A stretch of 62,000 nt of DNA from Wallemia ichthyophaga EXF-994 (GCF_000400465.1 NW_008806276.1:240001-302000); one strand, 5' to 3'. Counted from the stretch's first letter, positions 1 through 12,534 are shown. Translations and numbers: made by a program. Notes: generated from the letters alone by a model not told the origin.

Positions 1-785
1 ATCTGAGGATGAGTCAATGGAGGAAGACGAGAAACCCCAACAAGACAAAGAAGAGGACGAAGAATCTGACGGATTTGAAGTAGTACCTCAAGAAGACGAC
101 GGTCAAATGTGGGATGTCGACGATGAGGATCAAGATGCAGTTCGTCAAAAGCGTATCGAAGGTGTGTATAGCGTAATCTTGCATTACTGTACTGACCATT
201 TTAGACACTGGATTAATTACTGAAGAGGCTATGTCGATGGCTTACCGTTTGAAGAATGGTATGACCACCAAGCAGCAGCTTATAGATGATGGTTTCAACA
301 AAAACGCCACTAACGATAGAGAGAATCTGCCTGATTGGTTCACCTCGGACGAGCGTAAGAACTACAAGGTCCACGTACCGATCACCAAGGAAGCAGTCGA
401 CGCTTTGAAGGCTAGACAGAGAGCTATTGACGCACGTCCAATTAAGAAACTTGCTGAAGCGAAAGCCAAGAAGAAGTACAAGGCAACAAAGGCTGCTGAA
501 AAGGCTGCGGCCAAGGCTGAGACTGTGATGGAGAATCAAGAGCTCACTGAAAAAGAGAAAGCTATGGGTGTACAGAAGATGATCAACAAGACGAAAGCCA
601 ACGCTAACAAGAAGCGTGAAGTGAAGCTTGTTGTTGCTAAAGGTGCAGCTAAGGGTGTGAAGGGACGTCCAAAGGGAGTTAGTGGACGTTATAGAATGGT
701 GGATAGGCGTTTCAAGACAGATATTAGAGGTATGCGCAATGCTAAGAGGCGTGCAGTAAACAACAAGAAACGTCGTAATGGTTAG
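1..785 (+). CDS. SPB1: 3' part of rRNA 2'-O-methyltransferase Spb1 (truncated at window edge), intron 162-204
   Basis: Acidic stretch, then spliced EDTGLITEEAMSMAYRL...LIDDGFNK...LPDWF..DE...ARPIKKLAEAKAKKK...GRYRMVDRRFKTDIR, which resembles the Spb1 C-terminal domain; GT..AG intron restores the frame. Confidence 0.88.
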
Positions 786-843
786 TAAATTGTATAATAG
801 GGATAATTCAAGAATATATTTATTTATATCCATTACAATCATC

Positions 844-2529
844 ATGATTGACGGGCTTATTGTTTTGAACAAGGATGGGTAGGGGAATAGCAAGATATGG
901 AATTTGTTCTAAATTTTTGTAGAAATGCGTTGCTGCACTCGAGCTTTAAGCAACCAAGCTTTTACCCAGCTATACACATTGACACATACAACTACAAGCA
1001 ACCAATTGAGCCTTTTTTCACAGTAGATACACCCCCAAATGGATCATTTAGTAGTTTTATACGGGTCAATGATATCGTAATCTTATGTCCATTCAATAAG
1101 AATGGTACGTGAAATGCTTAGCGCTGTCTCGACATCTAAATAAGCCCAGTGGACCTGTCGATCCCAATATCGTTCATTCAATTAACTATTAAGCTGCTAG
1201 TTGATTACTTTGGCAAGCTCAATGAGTCTGTAGTACGCGATAACTTTGACATCATCTACCAGGTTGGTGTTATACTGTTGCAAACAAAGCCCACAACTGA
1301 GTTTTATAGCTTATGGAAGAAATACTCGATAATGGCTTCCCTGTTACCACGGAAACTGCCGTTTTGAGCGATATCGTCGTTCCGCCTTCGACGCTGTCCA
1401 AGCTCATGTCGTCAGCTGGAATGAATGTGAAGAGGTTAGCGGGTGTGTTTGGGTGTTAATATTTCGCTTACGCTCATCAGTCAACCAAACGTTAGACCTT
1501 ACGCATCGCCAATCACATGGAGGAAGGCGGGCGTCAAGCACAATAACAATGAAATATTCTTCAATGTTATCGAGTCGATAGATGCGATTGTTGATAAGCA
1601 CGGAAATGCAGTCATGGCTGAGATCAATGGACAAATTGAGTGTGATTCGAGACTGTCTGGTGGGTAAAGCCGAGATATCTGACATAATTCTCATCATTGC
1701 GTCAAGGCACTCCCGACATACTATTAACATTGAAGAATTCCACTTCGATTGAAAAAACATCCCAGCATGCATGCATAAGGTAGATAGAAAACGTCTCTAT
1801 TATGAATAACACTCAAACCTTTCCACAGATACCAGCGTTGGATTAGAGAACGCGTTCTCTCATTCGTTCCACCAGACGGCCGTTTTAGATTGATTTCCTT
1901 CGAACCTAAAGTGAAACCTCGCTTGCCGATAAGCAGTAAATGCTCGATGAAGGTGTCCCCCTATGAAGGTAAGAAAGCTGTTTTGTTTGAGTGGATTGGT
2001 TTACCTTTTTTGCAGGTAACTTTGAATTAATTTTGACAAATACTGTCGGAAAGAAGATGGAGGGTGTTGAGTTGAGTATATTTCTCGGACACGGTGCAGT
2101 GTCTGCACGGGGCGAGTGTAAGAAGAAAAACACACCTTCTGGGAGCAAGGCAATAAGCTCGAACGAGTTCGATCATGTCACCAAGGTTTGTAGACAGCTA
2201 GATGAAAGCCTTAGCCTGAGCTGACAGGTAACTCCAGATATTCAAATGGAACATATCCCATATAGAACCAACTAGCGTACATACCCTGACTGCAAACTTC
2301 AAATCAAGGTGGGTTTCTACGGTTGACTTTGCTTTATGAGTTTACCTTGCAAAACAGCGAAGAATCACCACGACCCGAGACTGCGTTCGGAGTCAACTTC
2401 AGAATACCTCAGCATACAGCTTCTGGAGTCCAGATTGATGGTGTCAAAATCGCAGGCGATGCTGGCTACAAGCCATACAAAGGATTCAAGGGTGAACTGA
2501 CAAGTGGAAGCTACGAAATACGTTGGTAA
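844..2529 (+). CDS. APM3: Adaptor complex medium (mu) chain, AP-3 mu-like, multi-intron
   Basis: MIDGLIVLNKDG start, NESVVRDNFDIIYQ, ITWRKAGVKHNNNEIFFNVIESIDAIVD, ASGVQIDGVKI..YKPYKGFKG..SGSYEIRW C-terminus. Confidence 0.85.
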
Positions 2530-2584
2530 CAAGTAGAAGATAGAAACATGTATTATTTTCATATTTACTTTGTCTTCTCTCGTA

Positions 2585-2605
2585 CGTCATCCGTCATCCG
2601 TCATC
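2585..2605 (+). repeat. Short tandem repeat (CGTCATC)x3 just upstream of the MTG1 ATG
   Basis: Read directly from the sequence. Confidence 0.9.
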
Positions 2606-2613
2606 CTCACACT

Positions 2614-3971
2614 ATGAGTTTCATACCGCGTACAAACTTCATTTATCCCTCTCGAGCACCTAGTTGGTATATAGGGCATATGAGCAAAGGGATGAGAATT
2701 ATGACGGAGCAGCTCAATACAATCGATGTGATTATAGAAGCGAGAGATGCGCGTATACCGCTTACAGGGATAAATTATCAGTTTGAAAAGATGATTAAGA
2801 GTGGCTGGTCTAATAGAGCCAAGCTCGGCGGTATCACTGAGCGTATCGTAGTTTATACGAAGCGTGATCTCGCCGAAGAAAGATATGAGGGTGTGAGGAT
2901 GCTGCTTTAGAAGGCTAGGATTCCCTAACACAGCTGCCAGCCTCTGATACGCTCGTTCAAAAACTTGGCTGGTCAGCATGTCGTCTTTACCGATAGCAAG
3001 AACGACAAAGATCCACGCGTCGTTCAGCGGCAGCTTGTCTGTGGGTGCGTGTCGTAGCTTTCGATATGTCTAACGCACAACAGCCATTGCTAAAGAACAC
3101 GACGTCCCGAAACTCAATGTACTCGTCACCGGTATGCCAAATGTCGGTAAATCAACTTTTTTGAATGCGCTGAGAAGGGTAGGAGTACACAAAGGTTGGC
3201 TTCATATCGTAATGCTATAGTGTGCTGATAATAGTGTTAGGAAAGGCAGCTATTACAGGCTCAGATCCTGGCGTTACTCGCAAACTAACAGGCACTGTCA
3301 AGATAAATGAAGATCCTAACGTCTATATATACGATACACCCGGAATAATGGTACCGTTTCTTGGCCATGATGAAATGGGATTGGAAATGGGCCTAAAGCT
3401 AGCATTGACATGTGTGTGGATGACTTTGCATACATCCATTGACTCACACAGGCCATCGCAGCGGGAATTAAGCCCGATTTGATAGAGACGGAAACAATAC
3501 TTGATTATTTACTTTACAAACTCAATTTGAGAGACGCTGCCCAACGTTAGTTAGAAATTATATTACGCTATGTCATAACTGATCGGCTTGATAGATTCTC
3601 CGTACCAATCGCAACTACCGCTAGGGAAGAATTATCCTCCAACAAATGACATATACACACTGCTGGAAGACTTGGGCAGACGCATAGGTGCGCTTCGGAA
3701 AGGTGGGATTGTCGATATAGATAATTCATCGCAGTTCCTTATAAACGCAATGCGCCATGGCAAGTTTGGTCGGTGGACATTAGATGATTTTCCAGGAAAT
3801 GGTGAAGATAGTGTAGATTCGCGCGTACACTCCACTCTCAAGACTCATATCGATAGACAGCAACACAACATAGACAACGAGAATGAGCGTCGGAGTAAAT
3901 CGAGTATCCTAAAGCAGGAAAAGAGGGAAGCGGCTGCAAAACGCAAAGAGAAGCATAAAAAAAGACAGTAG
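2614..3971 (+). CDS. MTG1: Mitochondrial ribosome-associated GTPase (RbgA/Mtg1 family), multi-intron
   Basis: WYIGHMSKG, IIEARDARIPLTG, TKRDL, G-P-N-V-G-K-S (ggtatgccaaatgtcggtaaatca), PGVTR, DTPGIM. Confidence 0.88.
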
Positions 3972-4119
3972 ATTGCATGTTTAGTTATTTGTAGTAATAC
4001 ATATGGATTTTTAGATCTAGAAAACTAAAAGAAGCTCTATAATACACATCTTGAATAAATATGCACCTTTTGCAAGTATTGAAAGGAGAGTGGCTCCAAG
4101 GAACCAACGATATCCGGAA

Positions 4120-4487
4120 TTAAGAGCCAGACGATGCAGACGTCGATACTGGCTTGGAAGCGCTGGGATTAGAAGCAAAAAGCAAGCTACCGCCATCGTA
4201 GCTATCCTCCAACATTATCGAACCACGCCTCTCGACACCACCACCATTGGAGGAGTTTGACAACTGCGAAGACTTCAACTTGGGGGTTGAGAGTGGAGTA
4301 GAGTTGTTGTTGTTACTACTGCTGTTGTTGGGACACATTGTTTGTATGAGTTGCTTCTGCCGGAATTCGGTCAAAATTTCAGTGCACCGCAATAGTCACC
4401 ATCACTCACCCTGATCGCTTGTATATCTAGCTCATGCTGGCCTACGTGACTTTCTTTGAAACTGCTGATCAGTTCCTCAATTTCCAT
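4120..4487 (-). CDS. Small hypothetical protein (about 104 aa, 2 exons; intron 4357-4409)
   Basis: ATG at 4487 gives MEIEELISSFKESHVGQHELDIQAIR; a GTGAGT..CAG intron joins in frame to KQLIQTMCPNNSSS...SASSGS*; low-complexity Ser/Asn tail. Confidence 0.65.
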
Positions 4488-4612
4488 TATCAATCTTTAT
4501 CGCGATCGAGGTTGGAGCGAGCGAGTCAATCACACTATCTGCCGTAAAATAAAATTGTAGAAATGTAGAACATGAATGGAAATGTAATAACTTATCAAGA
4601 AGAGATATCTAT

Positions 4613-6733
4613 CTATGTACTTTTCTTCTTCTTGTCTTTCTGCTGCTTCTTTTTTATATCCTTCTTCTTGGATTCGAGAAGAGCGTGCTAGAGTTTTGTG
4701 AGTACGCGCTACTATTTCACACAACCCACTTACCTCATCCGTTTGGCGTTTCTGGGAGTGCTTAACTTTGTTGTAGAGCTTGCGCTGCTTAGATCCCATC
4801 ATTAAGTGTGCCATATCGTCATCCTCCTTTTCTTTGCCGCCGGAAGTATTCTGCTGAGGGCAAATGTGTTAGCGGAAAATTTCGGGAATTTCCAAGTGAA
4901 GCTAGTCTCACCTTCTTTGAGGACTTGGAAGACTTCTTGGCCTTCTTGAGTTCAGCTTCGAACACATCATGGGAAATACCGAGCTGTTCTGCTTCAAGTT
5001 CGGCTGCGTCGTGTAATGACTCGTCATTTGGATTCTGAGCAGCAGCAATAAGCGCTTCGGTAGGATATTTACTCTTAGGTGCTTCTTGTGCTTGCTCCTT
5101 CTCTTCTTCGTCTTCTTGCATGTCCTCATCTTGCACGTCCTCATCCTCTTCTCCCTCCTCCTCATCTTCGGCAGCCTCTTTCTCTTCAATCTCCAGACCA
5201 GGTACATAGGCTTCTTCGTCAGCAACTTCGAATGGTGACATATGTGGGGGGAGCGTCTCTCCAGGTGCGTATGGTTCAGTTGGAAGCAATCTCCCGGCAT
5301 TTGCCGAGTCAACGATCCATTGTGGTTGAATGTACGCTCTCTTGAGGTTGAGCTCTTTCAAACGAGCTGGAAGGTGTGGTCTGTCGACGACCATGTGAGT
5401 GATACGAGCATCTGTCTCGTCAGGTACTGGTGAGCCACCACCGAGAGTAGTCATATCCCATCCAACCTGACCACCGAATGAACGGATCACAAACTCTAAA
5501 GTGGGTCTTGTAACCTCCCTTGAGAGATAGAAAGTGTATGGTGCAAAGAGGTTTGCACGTGCGGATTCAAACTTGGAGTTGGCGAGGAGAGTGTTTAGCG
5601 ATTGGCCAATATCAGTTGAGGCTTCAACGTTTTTTGATGGCTGCTCAACGAACTCTTCTGGTGCAGGAAGACCTTGTTGGTCGTCTTGAACATTTTCTTG
5701 TTCTTCAAGTTGATCGTCAGCTGGAGGAGCAGCTGTTTGACCAATTTGATTGATTTGCTTGCGAACATCTTTGGCGCTAACCTTAGCACTCTCAGCGACG
5801 TCATCTTCGCCAGATTTAGTGAGTGCACCTGATGCTTCTCTCAAATTGAAAGCACCAATACCAGCGCCAGTACCATCTTTGTCAATGTCGAGTGGTGGTG
5901 GGTAAACCAAGTTTATATCGTTATATAACTTGTAGAAGACGAAGCCAGTGAGTGTTTGATACAACTCCAAGAAGGTCATCAAGATTCTAAAATCAACATC
6001 TTCTGGAATGTGCTGAGTGAACATGTATGGAACTAACCACCTAATTGGTCTACCTTCCACTTCAGCTTCAAAGTAAACACCTTTGATTGATAAGAAAATT
6101 TTTCTGAGAGACTTTGTACGCATAACGTATAGTTGCCATTGAGCGGATAGTTTAGCGCAATTGTCGATGATGTCAGCAGGGATTCTGCTGTTAGCAGGTA
6201 AGTGGCTAAAGAGCATAATAAGTGAAATAGCATCAGGAAGATCGTTGAGAGTGGATTGGAATGTAGGATAACGCTCCCTAATGATATGATCTAATCTATA
6301 CTCAGGCTTTTGATTGTCCTCAATTGCCTTGGCTTGAACGAGCTCATTGCGGCCAATAAGCTTTGAAATCTTCTTTGCAAAAGACTTGTATTCTCTAAGG
6401 CTGTTGAGCAATGGCTCATGCTGCAAGTAAACGATATCTTTGGTGTAATAGAAAGCCTTTGGAGCTGTTGAGCCTTTATTAGCCTTCTTCTTGTTTCTAG
6501 GTTCTCTAGGAAAGATTCCTGTGGGTTACTTGTGAGCTCATTCTCCAGAATATTAGAGTTATCACCCACCCTTCAAAATACAGAGCCTTCTGAAGTCTGC
6601 GAGTGATATCTGCAATTTCTTAATTGCCTGGTTTTGTTAGAATATTTCAAGCACTTTCAAGTAAACACACTTGGTTTCTGGTCATGTAATTCTTCACGGC
6701 TCCCTTTTCATTCTTCTTTGTTATTCTACCCAT
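4613..6733 (-). CDS. NOP7: Pescadillo/Nop7 pre-60S biogenesis factor, multi-intron
   Basis: MGRITKKNEKGAVKNYMTRNQ, LKGIFPREP, YRLDHIIRERYPTF, BRCT region (ITHMVVDRP...YIQPQWIVDS), LPPHMSPF, Lys-rich C-terminus. Confidence 0.93.
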
Positions 6734-6847
6734 ATTGTACTCCTCGCCGTTGCTATCGAAGAGAGAAGTCGGGGATTTGTTATAAATTTGTGATAAATGA
6801 TTATATTTTACAATTCAGCGTGTACTCATCAAGTATTGTACACTTCC

Positions 6848-7388
6848 TCACGCTTTTTCACGCTTTATTTGGGCATTATTGGTGGCAGGAGACCGGGAAT
6901 TGTCTTGCAACGCTTCAGTTGGTATGTTCCCCTGTACATCAGATAACGCGCCTTTAAGTATGTAAATGTAGTCAGCTTCTTTAGTACCCAGCTTTATATC
7001 CTGTTTTGAGAGGAAAAGTGGTGCGTTGTGGGTATACGCTACAACAACTGTGCATCGTGGGCAACTGAGCCTATGTTGACGCTCACACATGCCATCTTTC
7101 CTGTTTGAAGGGTTTGTCAGTCATTCTTCGCAATCTATTTAATCTTCAGAACCTTTGAAGCATACAAGGCGTCTGCGATATCGCAGAAACCTTGAATTTG
7201 CGCTTTGTTGATTCATTTCCAGCATTATGCGTTATAATCACGCTTCCATCCGTTTTCCGCGTTGGAAGAAGGTCGATGGGCTTATCAACAACGAGCTGTA
7301 TGCGAGTGTTTAGAGTGTTTATTGTCTAATGAGCATCACTACATACGATAAACTCCCCGCAAATACAATAATAGCTCTTTAATTGCAT
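6848..7388 (-). CDS. STEEP1/CXorf56 (UPF0428)-like small Cys-containing protein, spliced
   Basis: MQLKSYYCICGEFI...LLPTRKTDGSVII...ERQHRLSCPRCTVVVAY...YIYILKGAL; YYCxCGEF and CPRC motifs recalled from the family; start codon less certain. Confidence 0.65.
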
Positions 7389-7436
7389 TTCACAAGTCTT
7401 GGTGGTCGTCTTCCTCCTTCATCAACTAAACTTGGA

Positions 7437-9085
7437 ATGCAGCACAACAAGGAAATTATTGAGGACTCTACCACTTTTCCCGATAAACCAATCAAGCGCT
7501 TAGTCTTGGATGCCGCTCCTTTGCTCACTCAAGCCCCTATTCGTGGAATGGCACAAGAATTCTACACAACTCCTCACGTTATACAGGAATTGAGGGATGA
7601 GAAATCAAAGAAGCATCTAGAAATGCTTGAGATTCAAGGTGTTCATATAAATGTACAACAACCTGATCCAATCAGTTACGCAAAAGGTTCGATTCAATAA
7701 GCTTTTCATTTTCTCATTCGTCTCACTTAAATGCAGTTTCTAGCTTCTCAAAGCTTACTGGTGACTACAGCGTTTTGTCCGGTCCTGATATGGGTATTCT
7801 TGCGCTTACATATGCACTGGAAGTGAAAGAGAATGGTACTGTTAGATTGAGAGACGCACCCGGCAAAGTGGGTTTCCTGGATTCCCGTCGAAATATCTTA
7901 CATGATTATCCTCAGTCAACAGCAAAGAAACCTGTACAAAATCAGATCACAGACCCTAACTCGCCATCAACTTCATCACCAGCAATAGGTGATAAGCTGT
8001 CTGAAAAAATACAAAACGTTACTCTAGATGAGACGCCAAAGGGAAGGCAAGAACAAGATCAGCAGGATCCCCGTGCTCAACAACCTCATCAACAACCCGC
8101 TGAGGAAGAATTCACAACAGTATCAAAGGGTATGTCAATAGCAGCAAAACCACGCCGCAACAAGAACACACAGTCTCAGGATGACTTTGGAAGTATACAG
8201 GTTGATGATAAGAGTGAAGGGGAAGACGAATCAGATGATGAAGATGCAGGTGACTGGATCACACCAGATAACGTAGAAGATCACAAAGCAGTTGATCTCG
8301 GTCACCAGACAATTCAAGAGCAGTCGAAGAAGGATACATCAAAGAAGCCGCCCGTATTCCTAAAAGCGGCATGCATGACAGCTGATTTTGCTATGCAAAA
8401 TGTACTCATACAGATAGGACTCAATCTGGTTGGTACAAATGGACAGAGAATCAAAAGCGCCAAGAGCTGGGTACTCAGATGTCATGCTTGTTTTAAGTAA
8501 GTAATTTCCTACTAAAAACCTGCGTCTCACATTCCCAATAAAGACTCTGCAGAGATCAGTCAAAAAGGTTCTGCCCCGCTTGTGGTAACAGCACTCTTTT
8601 GAGAACGTCAATAACAACATATGCACCTAAATCAGCAGATGCTGCACCTGTAGTTAAGGTACACTTGAAGAAGAACTTCCAGTACAAGAATAGAGGTACC
8701 AAGTACTCTATTCCTGCATCTAGAGTTGGTAGCTCCAAGACTGGCAGTGGACTGCCGTTGATATTGCGAGAGGATGATCCAGATTTCCAAAGATCGGTGC
8801 ACGCCGACCAAGTTGCAAAGCGCAAAGAGGAAAAAGCGCTGATGAGATCTCTCGAAAAGGGAAAAGCAGGCACCAGTGGTTTTACGTGAGTTTATGGACT
8901 TTTCATATGAGTCAAAGATCTGACGTAATTCTAAAAGCGGCCAATGGATGGATCCTGACTGGTTACCAGGATTGCTTGCGCCTGACGCAAATGCTAGGCG
9001 GACGGGAGGTAGAGGCCCTGCTCGCATAGGTCATGGACGGAGGAACCCGAACGAAGTACGCAAGCAGGGCAAGAAAAAGAAGTAG
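7437..9085 (+). CDS. NOB1: 20S pre-rRNA endonuclease Nob1 (PIN domain plus Zn ribbon), multi-intron
   Basis: LVLDAAPLL, YTTPHVIQELRDE, LSGPDMGILALTYAL, WITPDN, MTADFAMQNVLIQIGL, WVLRCHACFK, CPACGN. Confidence 0.92.
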
Positions 9086-9293
9086 AGAAAGAAGATAAGT
9101 GTATTTGAAGATATACAGTGCATTTGTTTATAGATGTAAAAATTTTATAATTGTTAAGATAACGGAAAGTAGGGTTGTAGAATGGATTATAAGGTATGTA
9201 AAGGGCTGGTTATTTCAGAAAACAAGAGTGGCTGAGCTGCTGTAGCCGCTCGAATCCTCAAGACACTTCTTCATCGCCGGCCACCAAGACCCG

Positions 9294-11951
9294 ATGAAGA
9301 TGGAGCCGCCGACATCTATAAACTCACTAGAGCTAGAGTCAAAGCCTGTGGAGGGTACAAGAGGCAGGAAGAAGGGACCACGTCGTACACAATTCTGTGA
9401 GTTGAGCTCCGTTGAGCTCCGAAATGACTCATCAGATACTGATTGATAAAACTTAGCTTGCACCGAAGTGAGTTATTGCGCACGATAAAAGGTTTATCGT
9501 TAAATGACGCCATTTCAGTGCCACAGAAGAAAACAGAAATGCGATCGCAAGTGTGTACTGATATATTTCACCCCCACTTTGACTGATTTCGATATAAGAA
9601 CGCCATGCAGCCACTGCGCCCAGCGGAAAGTGCCGTGCGTGCCTTTCCAACCAGGCCACGATAACGATGTTCATAGTCGTTTGGTTAGAATCGAAGGGCT
9701 CGTCGAGAGTTTGATGCCGCTTCTCCAAACAGATACATCAGGCAGCACCTCAGAACCACCAAGCAAGAGACGCAAGGCGATGAGCACAGCTACTTCGGGT
9801 GATGATGATGACGAGGAGAGGGACGATCTGGCCAACGTCGGTATCGGTCCCGCTGCTTCAGGCACTCTGCTCAATAACGGCAATTGGTATGGCCCATCGA
9901 GCCTGAACGTGTCTGAAATAGCGCATGATCTCGCTGACAAAGTTGGCGGAGACACCACTACAGACTTCAAGAACCCTGCTCATAGTCCAATTGCTGTTGA
10001 TGATCAACTCAGTATCGTCATTCAGGAGTTCGGGATGAGCCCGTCTAAAGTCGACACGCTTGTGGACGAACTTCCGCCGAAACAGTTTGCAGATAAACTC
10101 GTTGACTCTTTCTTCGCGCACATTAACTGGACAAGGTATCCGATACATGAACAGAGCTTTAGAAACGCTTATGAGTCCACATACAAGAAGCGCAGGAGTT
10201 TGGAGGCTAAGGATTTCAAGAACCTTCCTCTCGTGTTTATCGTTCTCGCAACCACGCTTAGATTCGCTCCGAATGAAGAGATTGCAGTTGAGGCTGGCAG
10301 CGGTTTATCTGAAGCGGAGAGACGTAGCTGGGCGCTTAGATTGTATTGGAGCAGTAAGCCCAACTATTACTGCGCACACAACAAAACACCAGCTAACACC
10401 TTCTCAGCTCGCAGATGTTCACTTCTTGTGTCCGCAGTGCAGGGAGATTGCACAGAGATGGTCATCTCGAGGCTTCTGAGCACCCGTCTGCTCATCAACG
10501 AGAGAAGACTGACAGAATCATGGTCGCAGCTCGGAAGCGCGATTAGAACTGCTCAGAGTCTAGGCATGCACAGAGACGGAAGCAAGCTCGGGCTGAGCTG
10601 TTACGAGACAGAGTATCGCAGGAGGATTTGGAGCTATCTTCAGCATGCAGACAATACCTTAGCTCTGATATTGGGCAGGCCTCCATCGATTATCCCGGCA
10701 TACTGCGACACTCTCCCGCCATCTAACATTGATGACAACGATTTTCAGAGCACATCAGTGGATACAAGCCCACCGCTACCAAAACCACTCAATATACCTA
10801 CGCTGATGACGGCTCATGTGCTGCGCCACTCGTTCGTGCAGATAGTAGCTCGGTGCAACGAGCACTTTTCGAACCTGCGCGCACCGTCGAGCTACTCAAA
10901 TGTGTTAAGACTAGATGCAGAGATAGGCGAATTTATCGCAAGATTGCCGCCTGTGTTTAGATTTGAGGATCCAGACACATCGGTGGATAGCCAAATGCCA
11001 TGGTTGCCGACACATCGCTTCCTGCTCGCAGTGGAATGCTACTTTACTAAGATAAGTCTGCATAGACCATGGGTGCTTCGCAAACTTAACAGCACGAGGT
11101 ATGCACCATCAAGGAGGGCTTGCTTCGAGTCGGCGAAACTCGACTTTTTTGCTAGAGAGAGATTCAGGAAGGAGACAAATAAGTCGCTCGGTAGATTCGG
11201 TGGTGGACAGTATAGAATATTTAACTCCACACTCATCTCAGCGATAGCATTGATTTTGGAGCCGTTCGGGAAGGACTCCGCACAGCACAAACACATACTC
11301 GACTCGTTCCTTGCTGAGAGGCAAGACAAGACGGTGACGCTACCATGGGATGAGGCTATGGTTAATGAGATGCGCATCATACAGCTGTTCAGAAACAAGG
11401 CACAGGAGCTGCGTCAGTCGAGAGCGGCGGCGACTAGCAGTAGTGGGAGAGGCGCAAAGGGAAGGGTGAATGGGGAAGAAGTAGATGGATTCGATGACAC
11501 TACAGCAGATAAGGACCCATCACTGAGGTTCGCGCAGCCAAACGCTAATTCGAATGCCAATCTATTGATGGGTATGTCCAATTCGTCATTCGCCGAAGCG
11601 AGCGCACCGAGCTACCAGAGTGTGGTTTCAGGAAGTGACAATGTAGATGCGCAATGGCAATGGAATAGTGGTGGGGGAGGTGCTGGTGCCGGTGCTTCCA
11701 CTTCTGCTGCTACATCAGCAAACCACCTCCAGCCACCGTCAATTGACGTAAACGGGAATAATTGGACATTGAACGACGCACCGGCGGATACTATTGCTAT
11801 GCTGCTCGGATTAGGTGTGCCTGACATGATGCCCTTAAGTGGATCACTTGATAACTCGGTAAGCGGTGTACCGACGAGCTCTGCACAGCCGGCGCCGGAC
11901 GAGTCAGCAGACTATTGGCACAAGCTAATATCATCGCTGAATGAAAACTGA
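9294..11951 (+). CDS. Zn(II)2Cys6 fungal transcription factor with middle homology region
   Basis: Spliced N-terminus RRTQFSCTECHRRKQKCDRKTPCSHCAQRKVPC (six Cys); includes an 11-nt exon 9457-9467 and introns 9551-9598 and 10354-10407; AQSLGMHRD and EYRRRIWSYL motifs. Confidence 0.9.
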
Positions 11952-12142
11952 AAAATGAAAATATTTACTTTTAATTGCGCATAGCCCTGTGATTAGCGTG
12001 TGTATCGGGAGTATATTTAGATTTAGTGTGTGCGATTAAGTGGAGGTAATTAATAGAATGGAGGTATTTGCATAGCGTTGTGTCACATGCTTTATTACAC
12101 GCTGTCTCGTTCTAAATTTAACGGCCGACGAGACAATTTGAC

Positions 12143-12200
12143 ACGGAGCGCTCGCCGGTGACCGGCTAACGGATATCAAAAGCTGTGCAAAGTGCACGGA
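12143..12200. promoter_or_regulatory. Candidate Zn-cluster binding array upstream of the chitin deacetylase gene
   Basis: Perfect inverted repeat GCCGGT-G-ACCGGC (12154-12166, contains CGG-N3-CCG); ACGGA at 12143, 12169 and 12196 (26-27 bp spacing). Confidence 0.3.
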
Positions 12201-12534
12201 GAAAGGTTTTATAGAATTTCAGACAACATTCGGCGTGATTCAGATTTGTTTTGTCGCAGATGTTTGTCTCTGATGCATAATAGGGCGGCGCCAGAATTAA
12301 AGGTGAGCAAAATTTGCACAATTATGAACGGAAGCTGCGGAAATGAGGTGAAGAGAGCGGGACAATGTGTAAAGTGGCGCTCACATACCGCATCTTAGTG
12401 CATAGCCACGAATTTTTTGCAAATACCGAGCTAACCTGTGCTAAGAGTGATCTCAGCGGACGTGCGGGGAAGCTTTAAATAGCTCCGAGGCCCTTGAACT
12501 TGAACTACCAACCAATTCTTTCCTTGCAATTACA

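Noticed and set aside
4470-4495. Apparent non-AUG start for the small hypothetical gene
   Set aside because: Re-reading shows an ordinary in-frame ATG GAA ATT GAG at 4487; the first impression was a counting error.
6734-6847. PAC/RRPE-like ribosome-biogenesis motifs upstream of NOP7
   Set aside because: Only a one-mismatch CTCCTCGC and a loose AT run; not distinguishable from background.
9215-9513. Minus-strand ORFs of 82 and 65 aa upstream of the Zn-cluster ORF
   Set aside because: They are antisense to the true first exons of the Zn2Cys6 gene (ATG 9294).
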